IMG/VR virus record: IMGVR_UViG_3300045988_060029
Reading direction: 5' to 3' (one strand)
Origin: a virus
Length of the DNA: 44,780 nucleotides
The position numbers were made by a program, and so were the translations under genes. Shown in pieces: positions 26,630-35,223 of this stretch. The notes under the pieces are model-generated. The model had not been told where the DNA came from. It did not search any database and saw only the letters and a list, made by a program, of their open reading frames with translations. Position 1 is the first letter of the stretch; every line of letters starts with the position of its first letter.

Positions 26630-26683
26630 AGTCTCACCTCCAATTCACGCTTTCGGTAAAGTAACTCAATAGGAATAACACGC

Positions 26684-27049
26684 TCAACCGATAGCGTTTG
26701 CTTTATCCCCCTCGTATTCTTTTCGGTCTCCAAACTCATAAACCATTGCCATGAACTCATGCTTGGCGCGGCGAGGTAACGCACGATAGACCTTTAGAAT
26801 GTCCTCCTCGTCCTCATTTTCGGGTACAGCTTTTTCACAGCAGAGGTCTTCTTCATCGGCAAAGAAGTCCATTACAGAGCATTGCAGAATTTTGGCGAGA
26901 GCAAGCAATTCCTCTTGGTTTGGTATAGAACCTCGTTTATTGATGGCAGTCGTGTATGAAGACTGTCCATTTTTTATTTGTTTGATAACGGCGGTTAAGT
27001 TCGTGCCGCGTTCGGCACAGATACGGTTGATGTTCTCAGCAAAAGTCAT
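26684..27049 (-). CDS. CI-like repressor (XRE-family HTH, 121 aa)
   Basis: N-terminal HTH (…ERGTNLTAVIKQIKNGQSSYTTAINKRG…), divergent from the cro-like gene and upstream of the integrase on the same strand. Confidence 0.8.
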   Translation of the reverse strand: MTFAENINRICAERGTNLTAVIKQIKNGQSSYTTAINKRGSIPNQEELLALAKILQCSVMDFFADEEDLCCEKAVPENEDEEDILKVYRALPRRAKHEFMAMVYEFGDRKEYEGDKANAIG

Positions 27050-27095
27050 AGAGTTCCCTCCTTGGAAAATAATTCGGATTTTTTGAATTTACCTC

Positions 27096-27124
27096 TTGAC
27101 AATTCAGATAATAAGAATTATACT
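27096..27124 (+). promoter_or_regulatory. Rightward early promoter (PR-like)
   Basis: TTGACA (27096-27101), 17-nt spacer, TATACT (27119-27124). Almost the same architecture as 44000-44028. Confidence 0.6.
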
Positions 27125-27136
27125 AATAACAAGAAG

Positions 27137-27151
27137 TTCGGAATATCCGAA
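27137..27151. promoter_or_regulatory. Operator palindrome TTCGGA-ATA-TCCGAA
   Basis: Perfect 6-bp inverted repeat between the divergent repressor and cro genes. Related half-sites lie at 27072-27080 and 27204-27211. Confidence 0.6.
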
Positions 27152-27292
27152 TTGACAATAAGAAACCGACCTCTCGAAAACGGCAATTTTCGGGAAGTTG
27201 AAGCGGATTAGTCCTATAACAATAATAACAATAATTCGCCTTTTTGTCAATGGCAATTTCGATTTCGAGAACCATGAAAGGAGGAAAACTCG

Positions 27293-27487
27293 ATGAGTCA
27301 GATTCAGAAGCGAATGGAAGCACTTGGTGTAAAGCAGGTGGACATGATTCTTGAACTGCGTAAGCGAGGTATCACAGTTCAGCCGCCCGAAATGTCGAGT
27401 ATCATTCGCGGGGTCTATACCTATCCAAAGGCGAAGCGAGTCCTCGATGAATGTGACAGAATCCTCACTGAACTTGAAGCTCACTGA
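27293..27487 (+). CDS. Cro-like small HTH regulator (64 aa)
   Basis: ATG after AAAGGAGG. It is the first rightward gene opposite the repressor. Confidence 0.6.
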   Translation: MSQIQKRMEALGVKQVDMILELRKRGITVQPPEMSSIIRGVYTYPKAKRVLDECDRILTELEAH

Positions 27488-27626
27488 TTCACAGGTGAGC
27501 GACCTCGCAAGACCACTTATGGGGATTTTGGAGCAGTTCTACCAAGACCCTAAAAACGAGGAGGACTACCAAAAATGGCTACTGAGTGTAGAAGAACTAA
27601 ACGAGTCAACAAACAGAGACTCGTAA
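27447..27626 (+). CDS. Possible small protein (59 aa), start uncertain
   Basis: 3' part of track ORF 27351..27626 (…VSDLARPLMGILEQFYQDPKNEEDYQKW…). It overlaps both neighbouring genes. Confidence 0.25.
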   Translation: MNVTESSLNLKLTDSQVSDLARPLMGILEQFYQDPKNEEDYQKWLLSVEELNESTNRDS

Positions 27627-28213
27627 GATTATTAACCGTTATCGCTGTGTCGATTGCTACTGCCTTTACGATTGGCAGACTGACCGCCCCTACGAAAACC
27701 GATACGGTGACGGTCACGAAAACAGTTGAAGTCCCTGTTTATAGCACAGATAAACTCCCGGAGACATCGGATATTTTCTATTTTGATGTACCTCTCTCAC
27801 ATAGCTTGCAGAGATATATCTATGAAATCTGTGCCGATGAGAATGTACCCGTAACGCTCGTGTACGCAATGATTGAGCATGAGAGTCAATTTAATCCCGA
27901 AATTGTAAGTAAAACGGACGATTACGGACTCATGCAAATCAATGAGGTCAACCACACATGGCTCAACGAGGAGTATCGGTGTGCGGATATGCTTGACCCG
28001 TATCAGAATGTGTTCTGTGGCGTGAAAATCATTGGGGAGTATGTCAATCGCTATGACGGAGACCTAACAAAAGCTCTGATGGCTTACAACATGGGTGACT
28101 ACGGTGCGCGAAAAGCATGGGAGAACGGAGTCAAGGAAATTACCTATTCCAACACGATTCTCGGTCTCATGCAAAACTACGAGGAGGTGCTTCAAAATGC
28201 AAAGAGTAATTGA
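27575..28213 (+). CDS. Membrane-anchored lytic transglycosylase (SLT domain)
   Basis: N-terminal TM segment (LLTVIAVSIATAFTIG). SLT motifs …MIEHESQFNP…DYGLMQIN…AYNMG…. Confidence 0.8.
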   Translation: MATECRRTKRVNKQRLVRLLTVIAVSIATAFTIGRLTAPTKTDTVTVTKTVEVPVYSTDKLPETSDIFYFDVPLSHSLQRYIYEICADENVPVTLVYAMIEHESQFNPEIVSKTDDYGLMQINEVNHTWLNEEYRCADMLDPYQNVFCGVKIIGEYVNRYDGDLTKALMAYNMGDYGARKAWENGVKEITYSNTILGLMQNYEEVLQNAKSN

Positions 28214-28424
28214 ACTGTTGGATAAAAAAGTTGAAACCTTGTTCAATCGACAGGATTTTGAATATCTGCTCGAACGGTACATGGGTTATGAAGCGGTTCA
28301 ATATTTCCGCGATATGATTGAGGAAATCGAGGATTCCTACAACGGACAGATTGATGAGCTTACCGTACAGAACGAAAACCTCCGTGAAAAGTTAGAGGAC
28401 ATTCGGGAGGTGTGCCGTGAGTAA
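28197..28424 (+). CDS. Hypothetical coiled-coil protein (75 aa)
   Basis: Internal ATG of track ORF 28095..28424 after GAGGAGG. Confidence 0.5.
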   Translation: MQRVIELLDKKVETLFNRQDFEYLLERYMGYEAVQYFRDMIEEIEDSYNGQIDELTVQNENLREKLEDIREVCRE

Positions 28425-28809
28425 TAAGAAAATCGGTAATGGCTTTGAAGCGGAGTTCTGCGAAAAGCTGTTCCAAAACGGTTATTGGGTTCACAATCTC
28501 TCACAGAACGCGGCAGGGCAACCCGCAGATGTTGTTGCAGTGAAAAACGGTGTTCCGTACCTCATTGACTGCAAGGTCTGTTCCGGCAAGGTATTCAGTG
28601 TATCTCGCATTGAGGACAATCAGCGAATGGCTATGACACTGTGGCGGGAATGTCTTAACGGCGAGGGGTGGTTTGCGGTGAAGTTCGGAGAAAACATTTA
28701 CATGATTACTCTGAGCAGACTCGACAGCATGGTTTCAAAAAACTTGCCGGAGGAGCTGTTCCAACGCTTTGCGCTGACATTTGAGGAATGGTTGGTGGCA
28801 GACAAATGA
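28417..28809 (+). CDS. PD-(D/E)xK nuclease, Hjc/RecU-like Holliday junction resolvase
   Basis: GNGFEAEF…PADVVAVKNGVPYLIDCK…FAVKF matches the archaeal-Hjc-type pattern as I recall it. Confidence 0.6.
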   Translation: MSNKKIGNGFEAEFCEKLFQNGYWVHNLSQNAAGQPADVVAVKNGVPYLIDCKVCSGKVFSVSRIEDNQRMAMTLWRECLNGEGWFAVKFGENIYMITLSRLDSMVSKNLPEELFQRFALTFEEWLVADK

Positions 28810-30209
28810 ATGTAACTGTATCAAATGTCCTCACCATCGAGAACCCTACGCAGGACGCATTGGTATGGTGCAAGAGAAACCTTGTGATTACGAACCCCGA
28901 ATATGCCAAGAAAGCCCGTATGCACTTTTGGCTTGGAAATACACCTCCAACGCTGACCTTGTATGAACGGCGCGGAGATACATTGATTCTCCCATTCGGA
29001 ACACTCCGAAATCTGCCGGACTGTATTGCACAGGAAAGTACCTTTCAGAGCGCGTTCTCAGACCCTGTGAGCGTTTCTTACGGTGGGGTGGATATTCCGC
29101 TCTACGATTATCAAAAGACCGCTGTGGACGCACTGTACGCCGCGAAATACGGTATCTTGCAAAGCGCGGCGGGTAGCGGAAAAACGCAGATGGGGATTGC
29201 TCTTGTGAAGCGTTTCGGAAAACGCGCCTTATGGCTCACCCACACACTTGACCTGTTACGGCAGAGTAAGACCCGTGCAGAACTGTATATGGACTCTGAC
29301 CTTATCGGGACTATCACAGAGGGAAAGGTCAATATCGGTAAGGGTATCACATTCGCTACTATCCAAACGATGTGCAAACTCGACCTCACACAATACAAGG
29401 ACTTTTTCGATGTGATTATCGTGGACGAGTGCCACCGCGTCGCGGGTACACCCACCGCCATGACGCAGTTCTATAAGGCTCTGAATAACCTGTCAGCCCG
29501 ACATAAAATCGGTCTCTCGGCTACGGTACACCGCTCTGATGGAATGATTGAAGCCACCTATGCCCTACTCGGTCATGTGGTCTACACCGTTCCCGATGAA
29601 GCTGTAGGAGACAAAATCATGCAGGTCGGTATTACACCTGTCGGAACAGGGGTGGAACTCAGTCGTGAATGTCTGAACTCAGACGGTACGCTGAATTACA
29701 CCAAGCTCATTTCCTATCTGTGCAACGATAATCACCGTGTCGCGTTCATAGCGTCATGGATTGTGGCAGAGGCCGAACATTCCTGTCTTATCCTGTCTGA
29801 CAGACTGGAACACCTTGAGCGGCTTATGAACGCTCTCCCTCGGAGCATGAGGGAAAATGCCGTAATGGTGAGCGGCAATATGACAACAAAAAAAGGAAAG
29901 GCTGAACGAGAACTTGCTATTGAGGATATGCGAAGCGGTAAAAAGAAGTACCTGTTCGCTACTTACTCCCTCGCAAAAGAGGGGTTGGATATTCCTCGGT
30001 TGGAGCGGTTGTTCTTGGCAACACCCAAGAACGATTACGCGGTTATCACACAGAGTATCGGCAGAATCGCCCGTACCTTTGCAGGTAAAGAGGACGCTAT
30101 CGCCTATGACTTTGTAGATAACATTCCATATCTCGTGAAGTCCTATAAAAAGCGGTGTACGACCTACCGAAAGAACGGGTGTTACTTCCGCTATACGGAG
30201 GGAGAGTGA
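28806..30209 (+). CDS. SF2 DEAD/DEAH-box DNA helicase
   Basis: Walker A AAGSGKT, DECH box (IIVDECHR), SAT (GLSAT), and C-terminal helicase motifs. ATGA coupling to the upstream gene. Confidence 0.85.
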   Translation: MNVTVSNVLTIENPTQDALVWCKRNLVITNPEYAKKARMHFWLGNTPPTLTLYERRGDTLILPFGTLRNLPDCIAQESTFQSAFSDPVSVSYGGVDIPLYDYQKTAVDALYAAKYGILQSAAGSGKTQMGIALVKRFGKRALWLTHTLDLLRQSKTRAELYMDSDLIGTITEGKVNIGKGITFATIQTMCKLDLTQYKDFFDVIIVDECHRVAGTPTAMTQFYKALNNLSARHKIGLSATVHRSDGMIEATYALLGHVVYTVPDEAVGDKIMQVGITPVGTGVELSRECLNSDGTLNYTKLISYLCNDNHRVAFIASWIVAEAEHSCLILSDRLEHLERLMNALPRSMRENAVMVSGNMTTKKGKAERELAIEDMRSGKKKYLFATYSLAKEGLDIPRLERLFLATPKNDYAVITQSIGRIARTFAGKEDAIAYDFVDNIPYLVKSYKKRCTTYRKNGCYFRYTEGE

Positions 30210-30212
30210 GAA

Positions 30213-30658
30213 ATGACAATTAAACCTATAACTTTTCGCACGGCGTGTGATTTTATCGCTCTCCATCATCGACATCACAAACCCACGGTCGGTTGCAAGT
30301 TCAGCATTGGTTTGTATGAAGAAAATGCGCTAATCGGAGTAGCCGTATGTGGGAGACCAGTAAGCAGACATCTTGACGATGGACTAACCTGCGAAATCAA
30401 CAGGTTGTGTGTGTGGTAGACGGTCATTACAATGCCTGTTCAATGCTTTACGGCGCGTGTTGCAGAATCGCAAAAGAAATGGGGTATGAAAAAGTGATTA
30501 CCTACATTCTCAAATCTGAAAACGGAGCGTCCCTAAAGGCAAGTAATTTTGTTTGTGATGGAGAAGCCGGAGGAACACATTGGACGGGCGTTCGTGACAA
30601 GGGACAGCAACTCCCCTCCGAAATGAAAACCCGTTGGAGTAGGAGGTTACGGAAATGA
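30213..30658 (+). pseudogene. Frameshifted gene for a small HHRHH-motif protein (GNAT-like; recalled as the XF1762 family)
   Basis: Track ORFs 30213..30419 and 30407..30658 are two halves of one family (…EINRLCV|VDGHYNACSMLYGA…), split at a (TG)5 run. Confidence 0.6.
30406..30415 (+). repeat. (TG)5 dinucleotide repeat at the frameshift point
   Basis: TGTGTGTGTG read directly. Removing one TG unit restores a single ORF. Confidence 0.9.
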
Positions 30659-33168
30659 GACTGATTGTATACGATGTTGAGGTTTTTGCCTTTGACTGGA
30701 TTGTAGTGTTCAAAGATGTAGAAACGGGAACGCATACGGTCATTCACAACGATAGCGAAGCTCTCCGGGAGTGCCTGTCCGATGATGGTATCTATGTTGG
30801 ATTTAACTCCAAGCATTACGACCAGTTCATCATTAAAGCCGCCGCAAATGACTTTACCCCGCAGGAGATTAAACAGCTCAATAATTTCCTCATCGGCGGC
30901 GGTCGCGGTTGGGAATACGCTCCCCTCAAGGCATTTTATTTCCGTTTCAACAATGTGGATATTCGAGACGATGTTCAGTTGGGTCTATCCCTCAAGGCTA
31001 TTGAGGGTCACATGGGAATGGATATTCAAGAGACGGAGGTATCGTTCGACCTCGACAGACCGCTTACGGAGGACGAGCTACAACAGACCGTTCATTACTG
31101 TAAGCACGATGTAGACGCTACTCACGAGCTGATGAAGCTCCGTGCGGATTACCTCAAAACCAAGAAAAACCTCGGAAAACGAGCAGGGATTGATGAGGTG
31201 CGGTCTCTCGCCGCGACCAACGCTAAGTTGACTGCAATGATGTTACGCGCAGAGCGTAAGGAATGGGACGATGGACGAGAGTATGTTTACCCCGAAAACC
31301 TTGATATTGCCGTTATCCCGAAACCCGTCTTGGATTTCTTTGAAACAATCCATGATATGTCAATTCCCGATGAGGTTCTGTTCAAGACCTCGTTTGAGAT
31401 TGAGATTGGCGGTATGCCTTGCAAATACGCTTGGGGCGGCGTTCACGGTAGTTTGACAGGTTATTACGAGGAAGCAACAGAGGACAGGGTTATCCAAAAC
31501 CGTGATGTTTCAAGTCTGTACCCCTCGCTGATTGAGATTTACAAGTATCTCTCCCGCAATGTCCCCGACCCGGAACTGTTCTACGCTATCAAGCGTGACC
31601 GCATACAGGCGAAGCACAACGGCGATAAGCAGACTGCAAAGGACTTGAAGCTACCACTTAACACGGTATCGGGCGCACAGGAGAATCGTTACAACGACCT
31701 GTATGACCCCCTCCCGACCCGCTCTCTGCGTATATCGGGACAGCTTTTCCTCACGGTTCTTACCATGCGCCTGTTGAACGCCTGTAAGACCATCAAGCTA
31801 CTTAACCTCAACACCGATGGTCTGATGTACTCTATCGACAAATCGGAACTCGCGCTTGTAGACGAAATCGCTCATGCGTGGGAAGCCGAAACCAAGTTCG
31901 AGCTTGAGGTCGATGATGTGCAAAAGGTTTGGATTAAAGATGTGAACAACCTCTTGATGATTAAGACCGATGGCGAGGTCAAGACCGTTGGTGGGTATCT
32001 GAACTACGGTGTGTCCGTAAAGGGCGCGTGGGCGATAAACAACAATATGGTTATCGTCAAGAAAGCTCTCATCGAGTATTTCGTCCACGGTACACCCGTT
32101 GAGGAAACAATTAACGGCAGTACGGATATTTTCGACTTCCAGTTGATAGCCAAAGCGGGTGCAAAATACCGCGAAGCCTATCACATTGTCGATGGTGAGC
32201 AAGTCCCGGTACAGAAAGTAAACCGTGTATATGCCACGGCTAATGAGCGATACGGGAAGCTGTTCAAGGTCAAAGCTGAGACGGACGCTACTGCGAAAAT
32301 CGAAATGCTCCCCGACCACTGTATCATCGACAACGACAATCATCTAACCATAGACGATGTAGACAGAACATTCTATATCGAAATGGCAAAAAAGAGAATC
32401 AATGATTTCTTGGGTATCAAACCCGAAAAGAAAAAAGGAGGAAAACGAAAAATGGCAACTACCGCAAAAAAGGAGACCGTTACACTGAATGTCTATCAGA
32501 AATTGCTCAAGGCAAGGGAAATGTTCCTGCAAGCTGATGTGCAGAAGACGGGTAAGAATATGCACCTGTCATTCAAGTATTTCGAGCTTGACGATATTGT
32601 TCCTACCGCCACCCGCATTTTCAGTGAGGTCGGTCTTATCCCTATCGTGAACTTCACTTCCGATGTGGCAACGATGAAGATTGTCAACATCGACAATCCC
32701 GATGAGGAGTATATCCCGTTCGTTGCTCCGTTCAATCAGATTGCCCCGATTATCAGCAACGCGGGAAAACAGGCTACCAATGAAATGCAAGCTCTTGGTT
32801 CTTCTATCACCTATATGCGCCGCTATCTGTATATGATTGCGCTCGACATTTGCGAGAGCGACAGCATTGACAGCGACATCGGTAAGCCCACCCCCGCTCC
32901 CGTATCTGCTCTGAAAGCCCCTCCTGCTACTCCCGAACAGCGACAGGAAGTAAAGCAGGAACTCACCGCCCCGCAGGACAACGCTACGCCGTTGCAGATT
33001 AAGGGTCTCAAGGCAGTGCTGAAAAAGCTCAAGGACGCTGACCCGACTAAGGAAGAAATGATTGCTCAGATTGCGGTGCAGACAGAGGGCTTTACCTCTA
33101 TCAGCAAATCCGATTGCGAGACGCTGATTCAGAAAATCACCGCTATGCTTGAGGGAGGTAACGAATAA
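30655..33168 (+). CDS. Family-B DNA polymerase (3'-5' exo + pol) fused in frame to an ERF-type annealing domain (837 aa)
   Basis: Exo motifs YDVEVF, NSKHYD, YCKHDVD. Pol motif A DVSSLYPSLI, motif C-like LNTDGLMY. No stop codon before the ERF-like region. Confidence 0.8.
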   Translation: MRLIVYDVEVFAFDWIVVFKDVETGTHTVIHNDSEALRECLSDDGIYVGFNSKHYDQFIIKAAANDFTPQEIKQLNNFLIGGGRGWEYAPLKAFYFRFNNVDIRDDVQLGLSLKAIEGHMGMDIQETEVSFDLDRPLTEDELQQTVHYCKHDVDATHELMKLRADYLKTKKNLGKRAGIDEVRSLAATNAKLTAMMLRAERKEWDDGREYVYPENLDIAVIPKPVLDFFETIHDMSIPDEVLFKTSFEIEIGGMPCKYAWGGVHGSLTGYYEEATEDRVIQNRDVSSLYPSLIEIYKYLSRNVPDPELFYAIKRDRIQAKHNGDKQTAKDLKLPLNTVSGAQENRYNDLYDPLPTRSLRISGQLFLTVLTMRLLNACKTIKLLNLNTDGLMYSIDKSELALVDEIAHAWEAETKFELEVDDVQKVWIKDVNNLLMIKTDGEVKTVGGYLNYGVSVKGAWAINNNMVIVKKALIEYFVHGTPVEETINGSTDIFDFQLIAKAGAKYREAYHIVDGEQVPVQKVNRVYATANERYGKLFKVKAETDATAKIEMLPDHCIIDNDNHLTIDDVDRTFYIEMAKKRINDFLGIKPEKKKGGKRKMATTAKKETVTLNVYQKLLKAREMFLQADVQKTGKNMHLSFKYFELDDIVPTATRIFSEVGLIPIVNFTSDVATMKIVNIDNPDEEYIPFVAPFNQIAPIISNAGKQATNEMQALGSSITYMRRYLYMIALDICESDSIDSDIGKPTPAPVSALKAPPATPEQRQEVKQELTAPQDNATPLQIKGLKAVLKKLKDADPTKEEMIAQIAVQTEGFTSISKSDCETLIQKITAMLEGGNE
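32452..33168 (+). CDS. ERF-family single-strand annealing protein (domain, or product of an internal start)
   Basis: In-frame ATG (codon 600) lies 10 nt after AAAGGAGG. …NVYQKLL…FKYFELDDI…LGSSITYMRRYLY… is ERF-like. Confidence 0.65.
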   Translation: MATTAKKETVTLNVYQKLLKAREMFLQADVQKTGKNMHLSFKYFELDDIVPTATRIFSEVGLIPIVNFTSDVATMKIVNIDNPDEEYIPFVAPFNQIAPIISNAGKQATNEMQALGSSITYMRRYLYMIALDICESDSIDSDIGKPTPAPVSALKAPPATPEQRQEVKQELTAPQDNATPLQIKGLKAVLKKLKDADPTKEEMIAQIAVQTEGFTSISKSDCETLIQKITAMLEGGNE

Positions 33169-34190
33169 TGGAATGGCTTGAAAGCAGACAGCTCAAGATT
33201 GCGCCACCGAAGCGCACGAAGAAAATTACAGGTACGCGCTTTGCTACAATCCTCGGTCTGAACCTGTGGTCTACGCCGTTTGAAATGTGGCTTGCGATTA
33301 CCAAGACATACGAAATCCCGTTTGAGGACACTATCTACACAAAGGCAGGTAAGGCAATCGAACCCAAACAGGCAGAGTACATGAAGAAGTCCTACGGTAT
33401 GGACATCATTACTCCGACCGACCGTTACGGTGAGGATTATTTCAAATCCACTTGGGGCGATTTCTTCCCCGAAAGCAAACATCTTGGCGGTATGTGGGAC
33501 TACCTCGGCGTTGATGAGAACGGCGTTGTAGACACGGTTCTTGAAATGAAGACCACCAAGCGTATCGAGGACTGGCAGAATGACGCTCCCGAATATTACG
33601 CTCTGCAAGCCTCCCTCTACGCTTACCTGCTCGGTGTGGACAATGTGATTATGGTCGCGTCTTTCCTTGAAGAAAAGGACTACGCTGACCCCACGAAGTA
33701 CACGCCGAACATCAAGAACACCATTACCGTGGAGTTCAAGGTGAGTGAGCGTTATCCCGATTTCGCAGAGAAAATCAAGTTCGTTGAGAACTGGTGGGCT
33801 GAGTATGTGGACAGCGGCATTTCCCCGGTCTATGACGAGAAGAAAGACGCTGAACTGCTTGCGGCTCTGCGTACTCACAACCTCACCCCCGATACCGACA
33901 TTAACGCTCTTATTGTCGAAGCGGAGGGGCTGAAAGGCGAAATCGACAAAACGAACGCCACTATTGCAGACAAGGAAAAGCGGCTCGGAGAAATCAACAA
34001 TATCATCAAGGAACACGCTATGGGGCAGTTCCGTGACGGTGATAAAAAGGTTGAAATCAAGGGTTCTATCTACACTTGGTCTGTGTCCCGCTCGGAGACC
34101 GCGACCATCGACAAGAAAGCTCTCGAAGCTGACGGTCTGCTCGACAAATATCAGAAGAAATCTGAACAGTACCGCATGACGGTGAAATAA
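33168..34190 (+). CDS. YqaJ/lambda-Exo-like recombination exonuclease with coiled-coil C-terminal extension
   Basis: …ITGTRFATILGLNLWSTPFEMW…LEMKTT… PD-(D/E)xK pattern. TAATG-coupled to the ERF region. Confidence 0.75.
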   Translation: MEWLESRQLKIAPPKRTKKITGTRFATILGLNLWSTPFEMWLAITKTYEIPFEDTIYTKAGKAIEPKQAEYMKKSYGMDIITPTDRYGEDYFKSTWGDFFPESKHLGGMWDYLGVDENGVVDTVLEMKTTKRIEDWQNDAPEYYALQASLYAYLLGVDNVIMVASFLEEKDYADPTKYTPNIKNTITVEFKVSERYPDFAEKIKFVENWWAEYVDSGISPVYDEKKDAELLAALRTHNLTPDTDINALIVEAEGLKGEIDKTNATIADKEKRLGEINNIIKEHAMGQFRDGDKKVEIKGSIYTWSVSRSETATIDKKALEADGLLDKYQKKSEQYRMTVK

Positions 34191-34204
34191 GGAGGATAAA
34201 GACA

Positions 34205-34645
34205 ATGAAATTTAAGAAATTCGTAAAATCTCTCGGAGCTGATGGTATTCTCTATGTTCGTGAAAATGGAGACCGTTGGTTGTCCTCCGGCTCTATCTTT
34301 ATGAAAGTCCCGGAAGACATTCGCACTGTAACCGCCTGTGATAGCGCGAGTATGCTCTCTCTCATTGAAAACATTATCAATTACGACACCTTTTCTCAGC
34401 CTTGCGAACTGGTCGAAGCGGTCATGCCTGTTGCCGATGGTGTAATCAAGGACTGTGTGCGTATTTTCGCCACCGAAAACAGCATTGATAAGACCGCTAT
34501 CTGCAATGATGGTTATGCTCTTATCGAGCGTGGTGACATTGTGGAAATGTTCGTTGACGAGAAGATTTCCGCATTGGTTATCAAGAGACCTGTAGACCTC
34601 GTGGACGAGGAAATTGTCGGAGTCATTCTCCGCACCGAATATTAA
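34205..34645 (+). CDS. Hypothetical protein (146 aa)
   Basis: ATG after AAGGAGG. No motif recognised. Confidence 0.55.
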   Translation: MKFKKFVKSLGADGILYVRENGDRWLSSGSIFMKVPEDIRTVTACDSASMLSLIENIINYDTFSQPCELVEAVMPVADGVIKDCVRIFATENSIDKTAICNDGYALIERGDIVEMFVDEKISALVIKRPVDLVDEEIVGVILRTEY

Positions 34646-34659
34646 GGAGGGTAAATAAC

Positions 34660-35175
34660 ATGGCAAGAATCCCTATGACGAGTGGTTTCACTCTTATCCC
34701 GGAGGGAACTTATGTGTTCCGCATTTACGATGTGTCCTACGATGAGGAGTTTGGCAAGATTGAGATTAAGCTCGTGAACGCGGCGGGTATGACTCAGACC
34801 GAACGCTTCACCATCAAGGACAAGAACGATGAACCGAATGAAAAAGCTCTGAACGCTTTTTCCTATTTTGCCAAGACCGCTATGGGTGACTACACCCTTG
34901 AGGACATTGACCCGATGGAGCTTATCGACCACTTCATTGAAGCGGAGGTTGTCCACACCAAGCTCCCGTCCAATAAAGACCCGAACAAGACGGTCACTTT
35001 TGCAAATCTCGGTGATAAAGCTCCTGCTGAGTATTTTGATACCGAACCTGTGTCCCGTGCGCTGACGCTCGGCAAGGACAAGAACGCCGCTCCTGCTCCT
35101 CAGAAACAGGCTACTACCCCCGCTCCTGCCGCACCGAAAAAGGGTCTCGACCTTGACGCACTGCTCGGAGGTTGA
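34660..35175 (+). CDS. Possible ssDNA-binding protein (DUF669-like), 171 aa
   Basis: Position next to the recombination genes. Pro/Ala-rich linker and an acidic tail …GLDLDALLGG reminiscent of SSB tails. Confidence 0.4.
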   Translation: MARIPMTSGFTLIPEGTYVFRIYDVSYDEEFGKIEIKLVNAAGMTQTERFTIKDKNDEPNEKALNAFSYFAKTAMGDYTLEDIDPMELIDHFIEAEVVHTKLPSNKDPNKTVTFANLGDKAPAEYFDTEPVSRALTLGKDKNAAPAPQKQATTPAPAAPKKGLDLDALLGG

Positions 35176-35223
35176 TGGGTATGGGGAGCGAAAGCTCCCC
35201 TCCCTCTAAAGGAGGTATCGTAA

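Noticed and set aside
26087-26659. 190-aa plus-strand ORF
   Set aside because: The opposite strand encodes the catalytic domain of the serine integrase in frame with 25082-26419, so this is an antisense artefact.
27104-27484. 126-aa minus-strand ORF across the immunity spacer
   Set aside because: It spans the promoter/operator region and is antisense to the cro-like gene. AT-rich intergenic DNA explains the open frame.
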